64,000 bases of DNA from assembly GCA_034530615.2 (NCBI GenBank), contig JAVRCV020000073.1, positions 96,001-160,000 on the forward strand, read 5' to 3'. Below, piece after piece: positions 21,855-32,231 of this stretch. Position numbers and translations under genes: made by a program. Origin of the DNA: Aulosira sp. ZfuVER01 (GTDB taxonomy: Bacteria; Cyanobacteriota; Cyanobacteriia; Cyanobacteriales; Nostocaceae). Positions within the stretch are counted from its first letter, which is position 1; each line of letters opens with the position of its first letter. The notes beneath the pieces were generated by a model, which was not told the origin of the DNA, made no database searches, and worked only from the letters and a program-made list of their open reading frames with translations.

Positions 21855-24257
21855 GTGGACAAACTCTACTGGCTTGACCAAATTAAACTCCAAGACCGCG
21901 CCAAAGTAGGTGACAAAGCATTTTACTTGAGCCGAATTATGCAGCGTGGCTACCCTGTAGTACCTGGCTTTGTCGTTGGGGCGGAAGTTTTGCAACAATT
22001 CTTAGAAACTCTTAATAGTTCAGAGTCATTAGTTGCCGATTTACCCCATTCTTCATTACATCTAGATGTCGCTAATTGGCGTCAACTTCAGCAGGTAGCT
22101 GGCCGCTTGCGTCAGGAAATTATTACTGCCACTGTACCACCGTCTTGGGTCAGCAACATTCTCACAGCAGCTAGAGAATTAGAAAGTGAGCATTTAATTT
22201 TGCGTCCAACGGTGATGGTTTCCAATACTACCCAGTCGGTAGGGAATATATCAGGGTTGTTGGAGTCAGTCTTTTGCCCTTGTAATCAAGAAGCGATCGC
22301 TATAGGATTAAAGCGCACTTGGAGTCAGTTATTTCGTGCGAGAAGTCTACTCTATTGGCAACGCTCAGGCACTAATCTACAACAAGTTAATTTAGCAGTT
22401 TTAGTACAGCCTATTCGCAATGCTATTGCTAGCGGCTTACTCAACGCCAATACCTCTGGATGGGAAATTGCAGCTACTTACGGATTGGGAGTAGCGATCG
22501 CTAATGGTGAAGTTTTACCGGATCTCTACTATATTCAACCAGAAACCGGAAAGTTAATCGAGCAAGAGCTAGGCAATAAAATCTTAGCTTACCGTCTTGA
22601 CAACATAGCTGCTAAAAATGACTTGCAACTGATGCCGCAGTCAGTATTGACATTAGATAATACTTGTCTAGTTGCCTATCTCCTCAACGAAAACCAACAA
22701 AAACAGTATGCTTTACCAGAAGATTACCTGCAACAAGTAATTGTTTTAGGTAATCAACTCCTCAGTGAATTAGGTAAAAATTTTTATATTGAATGGACGA
22801 TTTCACAGGAAACTCCCACGCCCAAACTCTACCTTACACAAGTTAGTAACCCCCAATCGGCAATTCCTAATCTCCAAATCATCAAAGGGCTAGGGGCAGC
22901 AAGAGGACGAGTCACAGCAACCGCATTCGTGATTGCCCATTCCCCAACGAAACCAGAACAGCTACCCCAAGGAGTGATTTTAGTTGCCCGGACGATCAAT
23001 CCTGATTGGTTGCCGTTCTTACAACAGATTGCAGGTATTATTACAGAACAAGGCGGCTTGACCAGCCATGCAGCAATCCTGGCTAGAGAATTGGGAATTC
23101 CCGCAGTAGTCAGCGCTACAGATGTCACTGCCCTAATTCAATCTGGTGAAAGACTACATGTAGATGGCGATCGCGGAGAAGTTTCTCGTGTTAGAGAAGA
23201 CATAGCCGCAGAAAGGACTCCACCAAGATGGGATTCAGCGAAAAATCTAGAACTCAATGATTCTCACTCCTCCATGCCCTCATTGCCTGCTCACTCCAAT
23301 TCGTGGGAACCCCTAACCCCAAGATCTTCTTTGTCTCCTCCCCAACCGCTAATAGCCACCCAACTGCTCTTGAACCTGAGTCAAAGCAGTTTAATTGAAC
23401 AAGTAAAAAATTTACCTGTAGATGGGGTAGGTTTATTGCGCTCGGAACTGATGATGCTCACCATACTGGAGGGACAACACCCCAATAGTTGGCTAGCAGA
23501 TGGGCGTCAGGCAGAATTGCTAGATCTCTGGACTGAGCAGATTATGCAATTTGCCTGTGGTTTTGCACCACGACCGATCTTATATCGCTCTTTGGATTGG
23601 CGATCGCATGAGTTGCCATCGTTTCCCCATCATCTCCAATCTTCATCACAGGCGGTCTTGGGCGAACGTGGCATTTTTAGTTATTTACTTAATCCCGCAG
23701 TTTTTGAGTTGGAATTGGCGGCTTTAGCGAGTGTACAGAAAGCTGGTTACAGCAATATCAACCTCTTATTACCCTTTGTTCGCAGTGTAGAAGAGTTTTC
23801 CCTTTGCCGTCAAAAAGTTGAGCAAGCCGGATTAACTCAGGTACCTCAGTTTCAACTATGGATTATGGCAGAAGTTCCAAGCGTGCTGTTTTTACTCCCA
23901 GAATATGTCAAAGCAGGGGTAGAAGGAATTTCCATTGGCACAAATGACCTCACCCAACTCCTTCTAGGAGTAGATCGAGACAAAGAACAGCTAGCAAGAA
24001 GATTTAACGAACTGCACCCCGCAGTTATGGGTGCGATCGCGCAACTAATCCAGATGTCCAAAGATGCCGAAATTCCTTGTGCAATCTGCGGACAAGCACC
24101 AGCGCTTTATCCAGAAATCATCGACAGATTAGTGCAATGGGGTATTACGGCAATTTCCGTAGAACCAGAAGCCATAGAGCGAACATATCAAGCGATCGCC
24201 CGTGCCGAACAACGCCTAATTTTAGAAGCCGCACGGCGTCAGTTGAAGGGCGAGTGA
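21855..24257 (+). CDS. PEP synthase-like protein with a divergent nucleotide-binding domain
   Basis: GGLTSHAAILARELGIPAV phospho-His domain; GVGLLRSE, SIGTNDLTQ, CGQ. Confidence 0.85.
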   Translation: MDKLYWLDQIKLQDRAKVGDKAFYLSRIMQRGYPVVPGFVVGAEVLQQFLETLNSSESLVADLPHSSLHLDVANWRQLQQVAGRLRQEIITATVPPSWVSNILTAARELESEHLILRPTVMVSNTTQSVGNISGLLESVFCPCNQEAIAIGLKRTWSQLFRARSLLYWQRSGTNLQQVNLAVLVQPIRNAIASGLLNANTSGWEIAATYGLGVAIANGEVLPDLYYIQPETGKLIEQELGNKILAYRLDNIAAKNDLQLMPQSVLTLDNTCLVAYLLNENQQKQYALPEDYLQQVIVLGNQLLSELGKNFYIEWTISQETPTPKLYLTQVSNPQSAIPNLQIIKGLGAARGRVTATAFVIAHSPTKPEQLPQGVILVARTINPDWLPFLQQIAGIITEQGGLTSHAAILARELGIPAVVSATDVTALIQSGERLHVDGDRGEVSRVREDIAAERTPPRWDSAKNLELNDSHSSMPSLPAHSNSWEPLTPRSSLSPPQPLIATQLLLNLSQSSLIEQVKNLPVDGVGLLRSELMMLTILEGQHPNSWLADGRQAELLDLWTEQIMQFACGFAPRPILYRSLDWRSHELPSFPHHLQSSSQAVLGERGIFSYLLNPAVFELELAALASVQKAGYSNINLLLPFVRSVEEFSLCRQKVEQAGLTQVPQFQLWIMAEVPSVLFLLPEYVKAGVEGISIGTNDLTQLLLGVDRDKEQLARRFNELHPAVMGAIAQLIQMSKDAEIPCAICGQAPALYPEIIDRLVQWGITAISVEPEAIERTYQAIARAEQRLILEAARRQLKGE

Positions 24258-24390
24258 GGGGGACAAGGGAGACAAGGAGGACAAGAAATTTTAGATTTTA
24301 GATTTTGGATTTTAGATTGAAATCTAATCCAAAATCGTAAATCCAAAATCCAAAATTGTTTCCAATGCCCAATGCCCAATGCCCCATTAC
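24258..24390. repeat. Cluster of short tandem repeats between convergent genes
   Basis: GGACAAGG-like x3; (ATTTTAG)n inverted against (ATCCAAA)n; (CCAATGC)3. Confidence 0.8.
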
Positions 24391-25212
24391 CTATTTAACA
24401 TATCCAGTTTCCCGTAAAAACTTACGTAATTCTGCGAAGAATTGAGAGTGATCGCTTTTTTTATAAGCCTGCTGTACTCGCTGCCAACCATCTTGTTCTT
24501 GACCCAGCATATATTTATCTGCTAAGTATGCTGAGAGAAATCCCTTACCATCATCACCTTGTTGGCGTGCTTGATTATAGGTTTGCCATAGCTCTGTGGC
24601 ATTATTAGCAATTAATTTGGGATAGCGACGGGTAACATCAACCATCTTGCCTTGACGATACTGCCAGATTTGTAGTGGATAGCCAGAAGCTGCATAGGAA
24701 CTAAAAGCATAAGCAAAGCGATCATCTCGACTATCAAACTCTGGTAATCCATCCTTGTCTAAATCTCGGAGTCGATAGCCACCATTACCCCATTCATGGC
24801 GAATCTTTTTGTACTGTTTTGATTTACTGTCGTAACGATAAATCAGTGAATAAGTACAGCAATGTGCGCCTCCTGTAAAGAAATCGGCAATTACTTCCGG
24901 TTCTTTATTACCGTCTAAATCTAGCACTGGTAACTTATTGTCTGGCGCTTCCAACAAATCTCCTATCGGTCGGTCATATTCACTGTCTTGGGGTAGCTTT
25001 TGATCTAAAACCCTTTGACCTGAGCGTGTAATTTGCAATCGTACATTTTTATACTGGTATTCCTGTGGTTTATCGTATGATATTTCCGCCTGCACATTGC
25101 CTGATTTACCAGTGATGGTTTCTGCTGTAGCTGTTTGGTTCAATACAACCGCAGTACTCACAAGAGCTAAACCGATTAAAGAATATTTGCACAAGCAACG
25201 AATGGAACTCAT
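24391..25212 (-). CDS. Exported hypothetical protein
   Basis: Signal peptide; DLDGNKEPE and DLDKDGLPE Ca-loop-like motifs; TGGAHCC. Confidence 0.8.
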   Translation of the reverse strand: MSSIRCLCKYSLIGLALVSTAVVLNQTATAETITGKSGNVQAEISYDKPQEYQYKNVRLQITRSGQRVLDQKLPQDSEYDRPIGDLLEAPDNKLPVLDLDGNKEPEVIADFFTGGAHCCTYSLIYRYDSKSKQYKKIRHEWGNGGYRLRDLDKDGLPEFDSRDDRFAYAFSSYAASGYPLQIWQYRQGKMVDVTRRYPKLIANNATELWQTYNQARQQGDDGKGFLSAYLADKYMLGQEQDGWQRVQQAYKKSDHSQFFAELRKFLRETGYVK

Positions 25213-25263
25213 GATTGGTGTTGTATATATTAAGACAGATTTTATACAACACCATTAGAATCT

Positions 25264-26436
25264 TCAATATCGGAAAATTGCTGCCACAGGTTTGCTGAAA
25301 GGTATTTGTTCTGGTGGAACGGCGTAGACAGTACCACCGTTTAATAAGGTATGACTAGCAACCAAGTCTAACAAATCCTCATCACCAGTTTCTTTTTCTT
25401 CGTGCAGATACACAGTTTCCGAACTTGGATCGAACAAACCCCATTGCTGCTGACCAACTGCAACTAACAATGAATCAATTCGCTGATAATAAGCTGCGGG
25501 GATAACTTGTTTGAGGTCGTTGCTGGCTTTACCAGTATCACCACCAAATAATTGTTGAAAACGCTCCAAAAATTCTTGTTGTGACTTTTGAAAATCAGCC
25601 TCAACAATCGGCCAAGCGCGATCGTGTAACTCTTGAGCGCTGAGAATTTCTGGATTCCCAGTGATACCTTCTGCCATCAAATGCTGGTAAGTATTTGCCT
25701 GTCTGTACAAAGGTAGGAGATACTCAACCCCAGCCAGCACTAAAGGTGCTGTTTCGTCTCGGAGTTTTTCATGCAATGCTTTGTCGATGATGGAAAAGAA
25801 TTGCCGGATTTCTTCTTGGTGCTGATCTCTATCGGGACTTCCCTGTCCGTGAAACTCACCTGGCTGGACAAAAGAATTAGCTGTTCCTCCTTTGCCAGTA
25901 GCGATGCGGAACTGACCTTCTTTGGCAGTTTCATCTTGATTGAGAGCTTCTTCCAGACTTTGAGGCAGATTTTCTACTTCAACTTTGTTAATGGTGTAGT
26001 GTGTTCCCTCAAAAAATCTCACATCCTGTTGGCTCAAAGCCAAAATGTAGAAACGACCATTACCATTTAAAATTGGCAACAGTGGCTTGATGTGAAATCT
26101 GTCTGTAACTACTACTAATTCTTGAAAATTGAGTGGCAGAGTATAGTAACGAAAAAAATCTTGAGAAATAAAAATTGCTATTCCTAGCTCTCCCATTTGC
26201 TCCCAAAATTCTTGGGTATCGAGAGCAATGGCTTTTTGCAACAATGCCGTTGCTTCTTGTGGTTCTAAACCTGCATCAATTAAGCGAGCTTCTGCTTCCT
26301 TAATTAAATTCTTAAACCGAATCGGGTCTTGTCGCACTTCTGGCCCAGCTGGGTGCGTTGGCATATAAATGGAAACACAATTTCCCTTTGGCTGTTCTAG
26401 CAGCGGCTTGATTTCTTCTCTAGAAATTATTTGCAT
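25264..26436 (-). CDS. Bacterial archaeo-eukaryotic release factor (baeRF3/7-like) protein
   Basis: CVSIYMPTH, DPIRFKNL, FHIKPL, FYILALSQ, PLVLAG, C-terminal AAIFRY. Confidence 0.8.
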   Translation of the reverse strand: MQIISREEIKPLLEQPKGNCVSIYMPTHPAGPEVRQDPIRFKNLIKEAEARLIDAGLEPQEATALLQKAIALDTQEFWEQMGELGIAIFISQDFFRYYTLPLNFQELVVVTDRFHIKPLLPILNGNGRFYILALSQQDVRFFEGTHYTINKVEVENLPQSLEEALNQDETAKEGQFRIATGKGGTANSFVQPGEFHGQGSPDRDQHQEEIRQFFSIIDKALHEKLRDETAPLVLAGVEYLLPLYRQANTYQHLMAEGITGNPEILSAQELHDRAWPIVEADFQKSQQEFLERFQQLFGGDTGKASNDLKQVIPAAYYQRIDSLLVAVGQQQWGLFDPSSETVYLHEEKETGDEDLLDLVASHTLLNGGTVYAVPPEQIPFSKPVAAIFRY

Positions 26437-26569
26437 AATGATATCCCTCCTAGCAACATGGACACATCACATCAAGTCTGATGAAATGTGTTCTAGATGC
26501 GGCATTTGAAGCCACAACCGTTTGACCTGGATTTATTTCACGTCAAGGAGGGGAAAGTTTCATCTTTCT

Positions 26570-26645
26570 CAGGACTTACGCAATTGGCATATATCTTCTG
26601 CTATTAGGGTCAAGATTCAAGGGTCAAAGGTCAAAGGTCAAAAGT
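26570..26645 (+). repeat. Partial CAGGACTTACGCA element running into (GGTCAAA)n
   Basis: Shares its left end and interior with 41339-41458. Confidence 0.6.
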
Positions 26646-26706
26646 TAATAGGCAATAGGCAATAGTCATTTTTTCTCCCTCATCCTCCTTATCCTCCTGC
26701 AACCTG

Positions 26707-27357
26707 CTACCCATTTTTAGTTTGTTGTGAATTGATGGGGATCTCTGTTTTTGGTTGCTGAACCCATCCTAAAGTCACTCGTTTCATAATCGCGTACAAA
26801 CCTATAAGGATGATAAAAGTGATCGCAATAATCACTAAAGGCTGTTTGCCAAGAAGTTCCTCTACACCTTTGGTTAGTACAGCATCTGGCTGTGTAATGA
26901 AATCCCAACTATTGAAACGCAAGAACCGTCCCCAATAAATACCCACAGCAGAGAGCGCATGAGTAATCAACTCAACCCATAAAATCCATTGACTCTTACC
27001 AATTCGGTGTAAATAGTAACCTAAATTAATTAAAGATATTACGTAAGCTTCAAATCCAGCAAAAATTACTAATAAATAAAGAGGAATTAACACCAAGGTA
27101 ATAATCCACACTGATTGAATTTTGCGGATATCATCTATTAGGTGAATGACATCGGTCAATAAATAAGGTGCATTCGGTAAAAAGGCATAAAACACTAAGA
27201 ATCCTAGCCACCAAACCCAAGATCTACCGCGCTTTTTCCGAAATAGCCAGATACTTAAGACCAAAGGTATAAAAGCTAGAAACAGATTCCAAGTCATCCA
27301 TCCCATATTGATTTGTAAGACTTGGACTAATTTGGTTATCAATAGTTCTGCCTTCAT
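26707..27357 (-). CDS. DUF1361 membrane protein
   Basis: WNLFLAFIP, FLPNAPYLLTD, GRFLRFNSWD. Confidence 0.9.
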   Translation of the reverse strand: MKAELLITKLVQVLQINMGWMTWNLFLAFIPLVLSIWLFRKKRGRSWVWWLGFLVFYAFLPNAPYLLTDVIHLIDDIRKIQSVWIITLVLIPLYLLVIFAGFEAYVISLINLGYYLHRIGKSQWILWVELITHALSAVGIYWGRFLRFNSWDFITQPDAVLTKGVEELLGKQPLVIIAITFIILIGLYAIMKRVTLGWVQQPKTEIPINSQQTKNG

Positions 27358-27690
27358 AGATGCTGACTCGCAATGGTGTAATTAATTTGGATTTACTATG
27401 TATTTGGTGTTAATTTCATTGATTGACCAAAAAAAGTCAAAATTCAGACTGCTATTTTGGTTAATCCTCAATAAAATCTATTTACTTAGACTCTATACAC
27501 TAAGCCACTAGTATAACTAGAAAATTATTAGAGGCAAATCTGTCACATTAAACAAGTGGATTTAGCTGCAATTATTACATAATCTTAAATAAAAATACGT
27601 AATTATAAATTTGGCGTTTTCATTATATAAATGAACTGTTCATCGAAAATAAATTTCTCTATTAAGTAACAATAAAGACTTGTTTATTTA

Positions 27691-27879
27691 TTATGAACTG
27701 CGTACATTATGAAGAATGAACATTTTCCCGATCGCCAGATCTGTATGGTCAACCCACCGCCTAGCTGAAAGCAAGCAGGTAATTTGCCAGATAGAGACTC
27801 CCGACAATAGTAATAGCAGGATAATCGGCAGAGCGATCGCGTCGATCAGTCTCCGCCTGAATGCAATGGTATAACTCGT
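27691..27879 (-). pseudogene. Remnant of the N-terminus of a probable CHASE3 sensor kinase
   Basis: Manual translation AFRRRLIDAIALPIILLLLLSGVSIWQITCLLSARRWVDHTD (TM followed by WVxHT); no start codon, early stop. Confidence 0.6.
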
Positions 27880-27880
27880 A

Positions 27881-28040
27881 AATCAAGTTTTTGATTCGCA
27901 AATTAAGTTTTTGATTCGCAAATTAAGTTTTTGACTTGCAAATCAAGTTTCTGACTCGCAAATCAAGTTTTTGACTCGCAAATTAAGTTTTTGACTCGCA
28001 AATTAAGTTTTTGATTCGCAAATTAAGTTTTTGATTCAGA
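27881..28040. repeat. 8 x 20-nt tandem repeat
   Basis: AAT(T/C)AAGTTTTTGA(T/C)TCGCA, no spacers. Confidence 0.95.
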
Positions 28041-28149
28041 AATTAGCTTCACAATTGATTAACTGGCTAATTACATCAAATTCCGTTATATCTAACGGTT
28101 TATATCCTAAAGCTTAATCTCATAGCTCTATCAGTTCATTAGCTTGCAT

Positions 28150-28629
28150 TTACTCAGGCTGACTACAATACTTATTAAGGTCATTCACTAACTTATCAGA
28201 ATCCTTACCAGCAGTTTTGGCTGCTGCTGTCAGTGCTGTGTCAATATCCGATCTAGCCTTTTGCAGTGTTTCCCTGCCAGATGCTGAGGCTTCAGCTGTC
28301 TTAGCTGAAGCAAGAGCCTTAGCTGCTTTGGCGATCGCTTGGCTAAGATTCTTGAATCCTTTGGCAAAACGGCTTTGGTATTCTTTTAACTTGGGATCTT
28401 GTAAGTTCAGTTCCTCTATGGATTTGGTGACAGCTTCCAAATCTTTGGACAGTTGCAAGCTTGTGATCACCTGCTGTCCTTTATTTTTATCAATTAGAGA
28501 ATTGCCGTCATTCACCGCCTGAATTAGTCGTTGACACTGAGAGGCTTTAGTCCCACTACAAGCATTAATCAGCAAAGCGATACTCAGGCTAACAGGAACA
28601 ATAACGTTATATTTACGCAAAACAAACAT
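28150..28629 (-). CDS. Helical lipoprotein
   Basis: Lipobox-like LINAC after a hydrophobic stretch. Confidence 0.75.
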   Translation of the reverse strand: MFVLRKYNVIVPVSLSIALLINACSGTKASQCQRLIQAVNDGNSLIDKNKGQQVITSLQLSKDLEAVTKSIEELNLQDPKLKEYQSRFAKGFKNLSQAIAKAAKALASAKTAEASASGRETLQKARSDIDTALTAAAKTAGKDSDKLVNDLNKYCSQPE

Positions 28630-28847
28630 GAACACCCACCAGCAGTAAAATCCCAACAATAGTATCTAATAATTCAGTAATTGTGTTATGAAGTAACGAA
28701 ATTAGATACATCTATCAAATTACTGCCCGATCTTGTAGCTCATGGGTGTGGAGTAGCAATCAATAATTCGCGTTTTGACCTTTTGCCAGCACCCAACTGA
28801 ACAGTAATCAGAAGCGGGATGGAATATCCCGCTTTATAATCGCTGGC

Positions 28848-29612
28848 TTACCAATCTACTGGCAAACCTAACTTATCTAAAGTATGCCCATCTTGTAAAA
28901 GTGGCTGAATCTCTCTGTCTATAGGAATGTGGCCATCAGCCAGTACCAAGGCACGTTGAGTAACTTTACCCAACCAATTTAGATCGTGGGAGGCAATTAA
29001 TATGACTTTCACTGGCAAATTTAATAACACTTGCGCTAAGTGTCGCCTCCATGCAGGGTCAAGACCGTTAGTAGGCTCATCTAAAATCAAAATCTCAGGC
29101 TCTAGGGCTAAAATTGCTGCCAGAGCAACCAAGCGTCTTTGTCCTCCAGAAAGTTGATGAGCAGAACGGTTGGCATAGGCTTCTAGTCCAAAATTAGCTA
29201 ACAACTGGTGTGCCCGATCAATTGCTATTGCTGGTGAGACACCATAATTACGGGGACCAAAAGTAACGTCTTCGAGAATAGTCGGCATGAATAACTGGTC
29301 GTTAGCATCTTGGAAAGCAAAGCCAATTTGACGACGGACTTGGGATAGAGTTTTATGTTCTACAGGAATGCCATTAATCGATATTTGACCGCTTTGTGGT
29401 TGTTTTAAGCCAATGATATTTTCTAGCAAGGTACTTTTGCCAGAACCAGTGGCTCCCATTAGCGCCACGCGATCGCCTGCATTTAATCTAAAAGAAATGT
29501 CGCGTAATACTGGCTCTTGGTTGGCATAGGCATATACTAGGTTCTGCACCTCAACTACAGCAGCATGAGGATGACGGATCGAAGATTGGGGATTGGAAGT
29601 TAAAGATTTCAA
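28848..29612 (-). CDS. cbiO: ECF transporter ATPase (CbiO/NikO)
   Basis: GATGSGKST, FQ..DQLF.PT, LSGGQ, LDEPT. Confidence 0.88.
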   Translation of the reverse strand: MKSLTSNPQSSIRHPHAAVVEVQNLVYAYANQEPVLRDISFRLNAGDRVALMGATGSGKSTLLENIIGLKQPQSGQISINGIPVEHKTLSQVRRQIGFAFQDANDQLFMPTILEDVTFGPRNYGVSPAIAIDRAHQLLANFGLEAYANRSAHQLSGGQRRLVALAAILALEPEILILDEPTNGLDPAWRRHLAQVLLNLPVKVILIASHDLNWLGKVTQRALVLADGHIPIDREIQPLLQDGHTLDKLGLPVDW

Positions 29613-29740
29613 GATTCACAACTCAAAAATCACAACTGCGCTTCTACTAAGTGTTACGCAAATTTATTTGTATTGGGATCGTCCTTTGTCATTAGTCATT
29701 GGTCATTGGTGTTAGCGAAGGACAAAGGACAATAAACTAA

Positions 29741-30397
29741 TTAGCTGAACTGGTAGGAGCTGATAGTTAAACAAGCAGCGATCGCACAAGCTGCTAACAG
29801 CGCAAAACGCTCTTTTGGTCTTAATGTCGAGTCTATCGGTAACTGTCCGTTGTAACCACGAGTTACCATTGCGGTGTAAACGCGCTCTGCCCGATCGAGA
29901 CTCCGGAGATACAAGGCTCCTATCATGGACGCACTGGCATAGCGTAGCCAGCCAGCAGAACCATTTAAACCACGTAATTGAGCGCTGCGCTGCATTCTTG
30001 TCACTTCTGACTGCAAAATTTCTAGGTACTGTCCGGCTAACAGCAAGTTTTCTTTTAACGGTAATGGTAGGGGTAAGCTTTTGAGAGCGATGCCAAAGCT
30101 ATGAGTCGGTAAGGTTAACAAAAAACTATTCATAGCAATTAGACAAATCAGAGAACGAACTAGCAAAAAACTGGCACGTTCCCATCCCAAGGGCAAAGCT
30201 AGCAGAGATAGGAAGATTAATTCAGTACCGAGTAATTTTCCTAGCTGAGGAATGCGTACACGTAACACCCAAGCCCACAAAAGTGCGATCGCGCCGTATA
30301 CAACCAAGTTGTTCCAAGCATGATGTTTTAACAAAGCTGCGCCGATAACAATAACTAGTGAGAGTTGCAGGCGTAGTGGTAGGGAAATTTTAAGCAT
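29741..30397 (-). CDS. cbiQ: ECF transporter T component (CbiQ/NikQ)
   Basis: RSLDRAERVYTAMVTRGY. Confidence 0.88.
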   Translation of the reverse strand: MLKISLPLRLQLSLVIVIGAALLKHHAWNNLVVYGAIALLWAWVLRVRIPQLGKLLGTELIFLSLLALPLGWERASFLLVRSLICLIAMNSFLLTLPTHSFGIALKSLPLPLPLKENLLLAGQYLEILQSEVTRMQRSAQLRGLNGSAGWLRYASASMIGALYLRSLDRAERVYTAMVTRGYNGQLPIDSTLRPKERFALLAACAIAACLTISSYQFS

Positions 30398-31313
30398 TAT
30401 TCGGTTTCACCACCTTAGCAATCCCAAAGGCAACAGCAAAGCAAACCGCAGCACCTACAAGCCCAGCGATACTAGTGCCAATTGTTCCCAAACCTTTAAT
30501 ACTGTAATCAGCTAAGGGCGTTGGGACAATAATCCGCACTTGTTTAGCTAAGTCAATAAATCCTAAGTTGGCGGCAACCCTTTCTAAGCCATCAGGCCAA
30601 GCTGAGGCAAAAAGTGAGAGTACACCCGCCACTAGAAAAATGCTGACAACGGGTACTAACCAACCACGAAATTGGTGTTGCTCCCCTGGTAATAAATCTG
30701 GTCTTTCCCTAGCGAGGTAAACTAACACGCCGCCAGTGATCAGCCCTTCACCAATGCCAATGAGAATATGAGTACCAGTCATTGCTGGTAAAACGATGGC
30801 TACTGGTGCTGTTCCCGAAAGTGCTAACTCAATGGCACAAGCTATGGCTGCTACTACTACACTCATACCAGCAGCAATACCCGCCGCTAGGGGTAAGCGT
30901 CCTCTCGATCCACCAAATAGCCGTTGCAATGTTTGAGTTAAGCCCCAGCCAACCCAAACACCAATAACTGCCATGTTGAAAATATTTGCTCCTAAAGCTG
31001 TGATCCCACCATCGGCAAACAGCACAGCTTGGATAATTAATACCGTAGCGATGCACAATGTCCCAGCCCAAGGACTACCTAAAACCACTGCTGCTAAGGT
31101 TCCTCCCAACAAGTGACCACTGGTGCCTCCTGCCACCGGAAAATTAATCATCTGAGCAGCAAAAATAAAAGCTGTAGTTAAGCCCAATACTGGAGCGCGG
31201 CGAATCCCAAAAGCTTCTTGCGATCGCCCAAATGCAACGAAGAGTGCTGCCGCACTCGCTAGACCTGTAGCCCCTGCCACCGATCCGGAAACAAATCCAT
31301 CAGGAATATGCAT
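30390..31313 (-). CDS. cbiM: ECF substrate component CbiM/NikM fused to a PDGLE (NikN-like) domain
   Basis: MHIPDGF N-terminus, GTSGHLLG, PDGLE. Confidence 0.88.
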   Translation of the reverse strand: MHIPDGFVSGSVAGATGLASAAALFVAFGRSQEAFGIRRAPVLGLTTAFIFAAQMINFPVAGGTSGHLLGGTLAAVVLGSPWAGTLCIATVLIIQAVLFADGGITALGANIFNMAVIGVWVGWGLTQTLQRLFGGSRGRLPLAAGIAAGMSVVVAAIACAIELALSGTAPVAIVLPAMTGTHILIGIGEGLITGGVLVYLARERPDLLPGEQHQFRGWLVPVVSIFLVAGVLSLFASAWPDGLERVAANLGFIDLAKQVRIIVPTPLADYSIKGLGTIGTSIAGLVGAAVCFAVAFGIAKVVKPNNA

Positions 31314-31893
31314 GATGTGCCCCGTGTGTCATGTTTTTATTCACACAAATTACTCAATGTAACTGCGGCATTAAATTAATAAAAAGCAGAAATTTAACTC
31401 TTTTTACAATGCCCTACTGGGGGATTTTATAGTGATACTTCCGGTAGATTGACAATAAAATATACGTTAAATAATATACTTATTTTTTAATATTTAAATT
31501 TTTGTTAATTTTATTTTTAGATTAAATACTAGACTCAGGAAATTTACGCTGTTACTAGATGCTATGAACGCTATTTCAGCTTTTTCTGAGTTGACAAATA
31601 TTAATATTTATCTATGTTTAGCAGGAAATTCATTTGATATTTATCTATTTAGCGAGCAGGTGAGCAAAAATAAATATCGCACTGTTGCCATCATTCCTCT
31701 AAGACAAAATAGTAATATTCAGCAGTGTTCAATCACTTCTTTGGAGTTTCTTACCACATTTACTGTTTGGTCAGTGATTAATATCACAATTTAAACTTTA
31801 CCAACCAAATATTTTTTAATCAAAAAATATTAAATATTATTTGTTGATTTACTAATACAATTAAAATGTCAACAAAAATAAACTGACAATAAT

Positions 31894-31985
31894 TAAGTAA
31901 GTCGGTGTTAAAAATTGTCATTATGACAAGGCAGGAGGCAGAGGAGCCACTGCGCGTCTACGGTTTATTTGCACTGTTCTACTTA
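31894..31985. mobile_element. Degenerate MITE-like element
   Basis: TAAGTAAGTCGGTG...GCACTGTTCTACTTA imperfect inverted ends. Confidence 0.45.
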
Positions 31986-32133
31986 AAAAAGAATCAAAAC
32001 TATTAGTAAAATAACTTACTTTCCAGTCAGTAAAAATAATTATATAAGTGAATAAGAGATAGAAAATTTTAGAGCGTTTTTCTAGTTTGTAACAGCCGAT
32101 TAACTTGATTGACGCCCTAAATTCAGCAGAGAA

Positions 32134-32197
32134 GAATTATTGACAATAATTCCTAATCCTTCTACTATACACAAGAGTAATTGCAAATAATTTGCAA
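32134..32197 (+). promoter_or_regulatory. Sigma70-type promoter with two palindromic operators
   Basis: TTGACA(32140)-17 nt-TACTAT(32163); GAATTATTG-A-CAATAATTC (32134-32152); TTGCAAAT-A-ATTTGCAA (32181-32197). Confidence 0.7.
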
Positions 32198-32231
32198 CTT
32201 TTCATTGTAGCGCTAACCGTTATTTAATGTC

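Noticed and set aside
27881..28040. Possible CRISPR array
   Set aside because: Units are contiguous with no unique spacers, and there is no cas operon in the window
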